This document shows positions 56,590 to 64,000 of a DNA stretch of 64,000 nucleotides, in pieces (within the stretch, counting starts at the first letter, position 1; each line of letters begins with the position of its first letter). The stretch lies in NCBI GenBank assembly GCA_000004695.1, contig CM000151.3:192001-256000 (forward strand), in the 5' to 3' direction. The position numbers and the translations under genes are program-made. The notes under the pieces were generated by a model. It saw only the letters and a program-made list of their open reading frames with translations. It was not told where the DNA came from and ran no database searches. This stretch comes from Dictyostelium discoideum (lineage: Eukaryota).

Positions 56590-59500
56590 GAAAATAAAAT
56601 TTATAAATTATTAATTATTATTTTTTATTATTTTTTTAAATAAAAATAATTTTGTAAAATCAGATTGTGATCAAGAACTCGATTTGGTATTATATAATTC
56701 TTGTGGAAATAGCCCATCAAAATTAGTTATTCATGAAAATATTTATTCTTTTGAAAGTATTGAATTGACTCCATTTGTTCAACCAAAATTACTAAATTAT
56801 TATTCTTGGGATTTACAAGATGGAATTAATTATTTCATAAGTTACAGATACAAGAATTGTAGTAATATAATTTCTAAACCATTTGCTTCAAAAGGAATGT
56901 ATTATAAACTTTTAGCGGAACCATTATGTTTAAATACATATACTCCAATTATAGTTTATAATTGGGCTGCAGATGCTTCACCCTATAGTTTTTATAGTGT
57001 TCCATCAACAATTTGGGTTTATTCACAAAATGGTAATTGTAATTTCCAATCACCAATTTCTCCACAAAGCTACACAAAAGGTGTATTAAATGATGGTGCA
57101 CTCAAATTCGTTGGACCAACATGTGGTTTTAAAAATGGTACGATTACAATTGATTTAACCAAAGGTTATTCAAATTATCATTTATTCCTTCAATCAGATT
57201 ACCTTTTTGATAATGAAATTCAACCATCTTCAGAAGGTTTTTACAATGGATTGGAATCTGAAAATTACTTCCTTTTCGTTGATTCTGAACAGTGTGCTAC
57301 TGAAAGAATTAAAATTTACTTGAAAGATGTTTTCGCTCCATTGGAAATTGATTTTGAGAATGTTCCAGATTTATTCCATAATTCAACAATTTCATTATCA
57401 TTATCAAGTGGTAATAATGGAATTTTAAATAACACAAATTCAAATGCATTTGTTGGAAATACACAGCGTTTACTTGCAGATTGGAACCATGCACAAACCC
57501 CAATTATATCAAGAACTGTTTATGGGTATACTTATAATAAAGACTTTTCAACAGAGGTTGGCCAGTTACAATGTAATTTTTTCGAAACACTTTCATTTGA
57601 TAATTATTCCCCAAATTTCAATTTCACAATTTCAAAAAGTGAAAGTTGTTTAGAAAATGTTTCAATTACATTCTATCCATTACCAAATCAAAATATTAAA
57701 GTTTATGATTATAGCTCAGAGTCTGGTATTCCATTCTCAATGAAGGATAACGTTTTATCAGTTAATAATAATTTAAATTTATGGATTTTTGATACCAATC
57801 AAGGGTATGGTATTGTTCATTCAACTGTTTTTGATATACCATCTTACAAAATTATCGAAACTTCAAATGGAATTGGATGTTGGAAAACTTATAATATTAC
57901 TATTGTAAATTATGAAAATTATAAAAATCTAAGAATTCATTCATATAATGAAAATAGTGAATTTAATTTTTATCCAGTAGAAGGTGTATTTATAAATGTA
58001 CCTGCATTGTATTACTATGTTACTTATAATGCTGGTGATTGTGAAACTGAATCATTCTTTGTAATCGATAAACTTGATATAAATACTCCAATGGATGGTG
58101 TGACTGTTGAATACACTACATTGAAAGTTGGTAATTGTACACATGAAACTTCATTCATGGTGACTGTGAAATCAGTATTCGGTAGCTATTCAAAAACTAT
58201 GCAAACATTCTATGATAAAGAATTTACTATATTCCTTCCAAATTGTTCATGTCAGATTAATGGCATTTACGAAGCACCCGGCTTAATTGATGGTGATTCA
58301 CTTATTTATGAACTTTTAACAGATCCAAATTGTAATTCCACTGGCACTTTAATTAGATTTACTTCTCCTTCCCAAGATTATTCAATATCATCTGTATATC
58401 AAAATGGTGTTCAATTGCAATATTATAACAATTTAAATGGTTATTATATTAGTTCAGGTGAAAATAATATTACAGTTAATTATGAAGGTGATCAATATTG
58501 TTATAGAACTGAAACAATAACTATTCAATCAGTTTATGAAGTACCATTGGTCCAAATTACACCAGTTTCAGATTGTAGAAATCCAAATGGAAAAATTGAA
58601 ATTTCAAATTTCCAAATTTTCTATAACTTAGAGCTTGTATTTAATTCAAATAGTAAACCAATTAATCAAGGCTTTATTGAGAATCTTGCATCCGGTACAT
58701 ATACAATTAATTATTACAGCAATCAAACATGTATAAATTCTATCACTGTTTATGTACCATCTTCAGAAAATGTAGCAGAAATTACAACATCAGTAATTAG
58801 CAATCCAACTTGTGATAATGGTCCTTTCTCTGATGGTATGATCAGAGTAGCTCTTAAATATGAAGGTAATCAAATTAATAATTTCACAATCCAAAATCAA
58901 GATGCAGAATTTACCTACCTTAATGATGGTGTTTACCCAATAGCAGGTGTTGGTGTAAATAGTTTAACAATTTCATATCTTTCTTGTATATGGAAAAGAG
59001 ATATTACAACAGTACTCAATAAGCCAAGCTTTACTCTTGAAAAAGTTTTTAATGATACTTGTTCACTACCAAATGTTTATAAATTAGTATCAAGTAATCC
59101 AAATATTGAAATCGATTATATTGATTCACCAAATAACTTTTTTTATCAAAATAACTATTATCTAGTATTTCAAAATGTTGGTAATTCTAGTTATCAAGTG
59201 GGCTGGAATTCACGTTGTGAAGAACATTACTATCAACAAATAATAATGGATAATTATGATAAAAATAGTAATGTTAAATATATAGATTATGAAATTGTAA
59301 AATCAGATAATTGTAACTCATTAAAAATTGATTTAATCATTACAAATATGAACAAATTCGTTAGTTTAAATATTGAAAATAAACTTCCAACACCAATTAA
59401 TTCGACCCATTCAATTTTCAAAAATTTACCACCATCAAAAAGTTATGACATTTTATACACATTACTAAATGGTTGTGCAGGGTATCAAACTGTAGGTGAA

Positions 59501-60181
59501 GATGAACTCAAATCTGGTTTTACTAAAGAAACAATGGATATCATAAAAATAAATGATCTTTGTTACTCTGGTAAAGCTTCAATACAATTATCAAATTTGG
59601 ATTTTGATAATTATTATTATTATATTAAAAATTCAAATAGTTTAATGGGAGTTTCTGATTCATTTGACCCAATTCAACCACAACAAATTAGTAGTAATGG
59701 TACTATTTTACTTTCAAATTATAATCCTGGTAGTTATAAAATTTATCGTGGTTGTAAGTCAATGGCAAACTGTTATTTAGAAACAAATGTTGTTATTGAA
59801 AGTGAAGATCCAATAATTGAATCAATTTCAGTTACTGATTCATATGATAAATTAAATAATGGTACTGTTGAAATTAAATTAAATTATAATTCATCAAATC
59901 CAATTAATTTTAAAATCATTGGTACTCAATTATCAAATCAAAATGGTAAATTTGGAAATTTAACACCAAAAACATACGAAGTTCAAGTTACATTAACTGA
60001 TAGAATGTGTCCAATCACTCTATCAAAATCATTTACAATTAATTTAAAAACATCACCAACACCATCACCAACCCCATCACCACAAGATCCATCTGATGAA
60101 CTTTCAACATCATCATTTGTTCAAGTTAATCTATTATTCTTATCAATCTTAATTTTCACTATTTTTATTTTTTTAATTTAA
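56590..60181 (+). CDS. Paralog B of the surface-protein family; a 1165-aa body ORF about 93-95% identical to A, but the start codon is lost and the signal peptide has a stop, so it may be a very recent pseudogene
   Basis: At the position homologous to ATG of A, B reads AGG (aaaaaggaaaataaaattt versus aaaaatgaaaataaaattt). Codon 9, TTA in A, is TAA in B (aattattaattatta). Downstream of that the frame is open to 60181, with the same C-terminal GPI-like tail. Confidence 0.6.
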
Positions 60182-60336
60182 AATAATTAAAAATTCCAAA
60201 GTTTTTTCAATATTTATATATATACTTTTCCCTTTAATGTTTATTTTTAAAAAATTGTTTTAGTGGAGGAAATGGGAAAGGATTTTAAAAAAGTATATTT
60301 TTTTTTATAATTGACTGGAAGATGATAAAGTCTTTT

Positions 60337-60372
<36 letters not shown>

Positions 60373-60590
60373 TAATTGTTCGTTTTATTTGTTTATATAT
60401 TTACATGTTTATTTATTAATTTTTTTTTTTTTTGTGTAAATTACAAAGTATCCCAAGAAATCAAAGTAAAAAAATCAAATCATTGAAACCCTATTCGTTA
60501 TGAAATGATTGCAATCTCCTTTTTTTTTTAAAATAAAAAAAAAAATTAAAAAAATTAAAAAAAATTCAAATAACCAATCTGATTGATTTC

Positions 60591-60648
60591 TTTACCGATC
60601 CCCCAAAAAATTAATTTTTTTTTTAATTTTTCAAAAACTAAAAATATC
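60591..60648. promoter_or_regulatory. Conserved upstream cassette of paralog C
   Basis: TTACCGATCCCCCAAAAAA ... CAAAAACTAAAAATATC(T)n lies about 115-170 bp upstream of ATG 60762. Confidence 0.45.
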
Positions 60649-60761
60649 TTTTTTTTTTATTTTTAATTTTTTTTTTTTTTTTTTATTTTAACCTTTTTTT
60701 TTTTTTTTTTTTTTTTTATTTTAACAAAAAAAAATAATATTAAATCTAAAACAATAAGGAA

Positions 60762-63700
60762 ATGAAATTTATAAAATATTTATTAATTTTATTTTTAATA
60801 TTAAAAATTAATTATTTTGTAGAATCAGGAGTAGATTGTCAAAAAAATACAGAGTATTTCGTTGAAAATTCATGTGGCAAAAATCCATCAAAATTAAACA
60901 TCAACACTGATATTTACTATTTTGAAAGTATTGGAATAACACCATATTCCCCACCTGTTTATAATGAATCTACAACTAATTACTTTTGGTATTTGAAGGA
61001 TGGTATTGAATATACATTTAGTTATAGATACAAAGGTTGTCAAAATATTAAATCACATTCAATTGTTTCACAAGGAATGTATTACCAACTTTTATCACAA
61101 CCATTGTGTCCAAATACCTATTTCAATTATACAATTTATAATTCAGGAGAGTTTGGTGGAAATACAAATTATTACTCTACCCCACAAAATATTATAAGTT
61201 CAAATTATAATGGTAGTTGTACTATTAATATTTTAATTACACCACTTAGTAATTCCAAAGGTGCATTCCAAAGCAGTGCTGCTAAATACACCTATCCAAC
61301 TTGTGGTTTTAATAATGGTACGATTTCAGTTGATTTAACAAAAGGTTATTCAAATTGTCACTTATTCAGCCAATTTGACACGAGTTTTCTATATGAAATT
61401 GAACCATCATCGCCATGTTTTTACAGTGGGTTGGAGTCAAATTATTATTACCTTTTCGTTGATTCTAAAGAATGTGCTACTGAAAGATTATCAATTCAAT
61501 TATTCAATGTTTTCACTCCATTGGAAATTACTTTTGAAAATGTTCCAGATTATAATCAAAATTCAATAGTATCATTATCATTATCAAGTGGTGACAATGG
61601 AATTTTAAATAAAACTAATTCATTTGCAACTGTGGGTGGCACTGGACCTGATCCATTAAGTACTTGGAGCCATAAAGAAACTAAAATTACTTCAACCACA
61701 CAATTTGGTTACTTTTATAATAAAGACTTTTCAACAGATCCATTAAAAGTTATATGTTCTTTTAATGATGGTTTTGAACCGCAAAAATTTAATCCAAATT
61801 TTAATTTCACAGTTACAAAAAGTGATACTTGTTTAGAAAATGTAACTATTACATTTTATCCATTACCAAGTCAAACATTTGTTGTTCATGATTATATTTT
61901 AGGAAATATATTACCATTGACAAATAATGTTCTATCGGTTCAATATAATAAATTTTTACATATTTCAGAGATTTCAAGTAATTCAGAAAGATATTATTCA
62001 ACAGCTTTTTATGCTCCTATTTATAGAGTTGTTGAAACTTCAAATGGAATTGGTTGTTGGAAAACCTATAATATTACAATTGGTGAATATCAAATTTATT
62101 CAAATCTTACAATGAAAGTATATGATGGAGATGAATATGAATATATTTTTTATCCAATTGAAGGAGTTTTCGTTAATGTACCTGCAAATTATTTTTATAT
62201 CCATTATAAAGTTAAAGATTGTGAAGTTGAATCAATAATTATGATTGATAAATATGAAGAAATTACTCCAATGGATGATGTAAAAATGGATATCAGTATA
62301 TATGAACTTGGTAATTGTACACATGAAACTTCAATTTTAGTAAATATCGATACAGTTTTTGGTAACTTTTCTAAAGTTTATTCATCATTTTCAAATGGTT
62401 ATTTCTCTTTTTACCTTCCAAATTGTTCCTGTAATATTGGTTTCTACTATTCTATTCCACCATTAATCGATAGTGAAACATTTTCTTATGGTTTTATCAG
62501 TGATCTAGATTGTAATTCCACTGGTACTGTTATTCAATTATTAGGTTCAAATGGTAATACTATTCAAGAAGTTTATTCAAATGGTATTAAATTAATAGTA
62601 AATAATGACGTTGATACTGATTTTGCATATAATATTGGGCCTGGTGAAAATAATGTTACAATTAAATATTCAAATACAAAAGGAACTTGTTACAAATCTC
62701 AAATGATTAACATACAATCACCTTATGAAGTACCATTAGTTGAAGTCACACCAGTTATAGATTGTGATAGTTCTGATGGTAAAATTTCAATTTCAAATTA
62801 TATGAACTTCTATTCATTGGATATTATTATTGATTCATCCACTATACCAATTAATTCAGGTTTAGTTAGTAATCTTCCAACTGGTACTTACACAATTGTT
62901 TATGGAAACAGTGGATCTTGTGCAAATTCTATCGATGTTTATGTACCATCTTCAGAACAGTATGTAGAAATTACAACATCTGTAATTTCCCATCCAACTT
63001 GTGGTGAACAATCATTGAATGGTGATGGTAAAGTCAATGTAACTTTAAAGGTTTTAGGAATTAAAAAAAATACATTCTATATTCAAAATCAAAATCAAAT
63101 ATCATCTCTAACATTCTCAGATGGTGGTGTTTATATTGCTGCTGCTCCAGGTTTAAATACTTTATCAATATCCTATGGTGGTTGTATTTGGAATAGAGAT
63201 GTTAATACAACAATTTCCAAACCAACATTCTCATTTGAAAAGATTTACAATGACACTTGTTTATCATCAGTATATTATAAATTAATAAATAATAATACAA
63301 ATATAGCAATTAATTCCATCACTTCACCTTATACCTTATATAGTTACCAAAATGAATACTACACTCAAATGGCCACAAATTTAATCTATCCATACACTGT
63401 CACATGGAATACCTATTGCACAGAAACATTTTACCAAGAATTTACTTTTGACACTCCTTTTAATTATTATTCAAATTATATCCAATATGAAATTGTAAAA
63501 GCTGATAATTGTAATTCATTCAAAATTGATATCATCATTAAAAATATGAATACTTTTCAAAAGGTAACCCTTTCAAGTAAATATCCAACACCAATTAATT
63601 CGACTCATGCAATTTTTAAAAATTTACCACCATCTATTTCTTATGATATTTCATTCACATTATTTGATGGTTGCTCTGGTACTGAAATGGTTGGTTATCA

Positions 63701-64000
63701 ACAACTTTCAAATGGTAATACTAAAGAGACAATCGATATCATCAAGGTGAACGACATTTGTAACTCTGGTAAAGGTTCTATCCAATTATCAAATATGGAT
63801 ACCTCCAATCATTATTACTATGTTAAAACATTTTCAGATTATTACGTTTACACAAGTTACCCAATTCAACCAACTACTAATGATAATGGTACAATTATTA
63901 GTCTACTTTCAAATTTACCAGTTGGTAGTTACAATATAACTAGAAATTGTAAATCAATAACAAACTGTTATATAGAAACAAAGGTTGTTATTGAAAATAA
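60762..64000 (+). CDS. Paralog C of the surface-protein family, divergent (about 50% aa identity to A); partial, running off the window end
   Basis: Translation from ATG 60762 stays open to 64000. It begins MKFIKYLLILFLILKINYFVESGVDCQKNTEYFVENSCGKNPSKLNINTDIYYFESIGITPY... and shows the same module order as A, for example PTCGFNNGTISVDLTKGYSNCHLF, SNGIGCWKTYNITI, ELGNCTHETS, LPNCSCNIG, VIDCDSSDGKISISNY and SHPTCGEQSLNGDGKVNV. Confidence 0.75.
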   Translation, partial: MKFIKYLLILFLILKINYFVESGVDCQKNTEYFVENSCGKNPSKLNINTDIYYFESIGITPYSPPVYNESTTNYFWYLKDGIEYTFSYRYKGCQNIKSHSIVSQGMYYQLLSQPLCPNTYFNYTIYNSGEFGGNTNYYSTPQNIISSNYNGSCTINILITPLSNSKGAFQSSAAKYTYPTCGFNNGTISVDLTKGYSNCHLFSQFDTSFLYEIEPSSPCFYSGLESNYYYLFVDSKECATERLSIQLFNVFTPLEITFENVPDYNQNSIVSLSLSSGDNGILNKTNSFATVGGTGPDPLSTWSHKETKITSTTQFGYFYNKDFSTDPLKVICSFNDGFEPQKFNPNFNFTVTKSDTCLENVTITFYPLPSQTFVVHDYILGNILPLTNNVLSVQYNKFLHISEISSNSERYYSTAFYAPIYRVVETSNGIGCWKTYNITIGEYQIYSNLTMKVYDGDEYEYIFYPIEGVFVNVPANYFYIHYKVKDCEVESIIMIDKYEEITPMDDVKMDISIYELGNCTHETSILVNIDTVFGNFSKVYSSFSNGYFSFYLPNCSCNIGFYYSIPPLIDSETFSYGFISDLDCNSTGTVIQLLGSNGNTIQEVYSNGIKLIVNNDVDTDFAYNIGPGENNVTIKYSNTKGTCYKSQMINIQSPYEVPLVEVTPVIDCDSSDGKISISNYMNFYSLDIIIDSSTIPINSGLVSNLPTGTYTIVYGNSGSCANSIDVYVPSSEQYVEITTSVISHPTCGEQSLNGDGKVNVTLKVLGIKKNTFYIQNQNQISSLTFSDGGVYIAAAPGLNTLSISYGGCIWNRDVNTTISKPTFSFEKIYNDTCLSSVYYKLINNNTNIAINSITSPYTLYSYQNEYYTQMATNLIYPYTVTWNTYCTETFYQEFTFDTPFNYYSNYIQYEIVKADNCNSFKIDIIIKNMNTFQKVTLSSKYPTPINSTHAIFKNLPPSISYDISFTLFDGCSGTEMVGYQQLSNGNTKETIDIIKVNDICNSGKGSIQLSNMDTSNHYYYVKTFSDYYVYTSYPIQPTTNDNGTIISLLSNLPVGSYNITRNCKSITNCYIETKVVIEN

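Overview
The window is extremely AT-rich (about 75-80% A+T). It has long homopolymer and AAT/ATT trinucleotide tracts that encode poly-Asn, poly-Gln and poly-Thr. Introns are short, begin GTAAGT or GTAAAT and end in an AT-rich tract plus TAG or AAG. Genes are densely packed on both strands. This signature matches a social-amoeba (Dictyostelium discoideum-like) nuclear chromosome. No rRNA, tRNA or CRISPR was seen. The six-frame ORF track sometimes opens an ORF with TTG read as M, so I re-derived starts and exon joins by hand.

Gene content, left to right:
- Two divergently transcribed ABCA-family ABC half-transporters (1220-4196 minus, 4708-7668 plus).
- A COG8/Dor1 homolog (8127-10858 minus) containing a run of 57 consecutive Asn codons and what looks like a +1 frame disruption in its first exon.
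- A head-to-tail array of four copies of an unassigned family (11789-17360 minus); most copies are truncated or frame-disrupted.
- A 291-aa protein built from two internal repeats, and a Q/N-rich protein.
- An RRP46/EXOSC5-like exosome subunit.
- A coiled-coil protein.
- Calnexin (cnxA).
- A roughly 1.85k-aa MON2 homolog.
- A Cys-rich small secreted protein.
- An MMAA/MeaB G3E GTPase.
- A DSCC1/DCC1 homolog.
- Mediator subunit Med19.
- A FNIP-repeat protein.
- A secreted two-domain protein.
- A UTP18 WD-repeat protein.
- A TKL-type protein kinase.
- A tandem triplication (52515-64000+) of a roughly 1.2k-aa, N-glycosylation-rich, Cys-patterned, probably GPI-anchored surface protein.

The most interesting locus is that triplicated surface-protein cluster. 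Copies A and B are near-identical except for short hypervariable patches. Copy B has lost its ATG and gained a stop in its signal peptide. All three copies share a conserved upstream motif cassette. Two other points stand out: a roughly 400-bp patch of about 50% G+C inside the kinase catalytic core, and a 4.5-kb gene-free tract with isolated CA/GT-rich islands.
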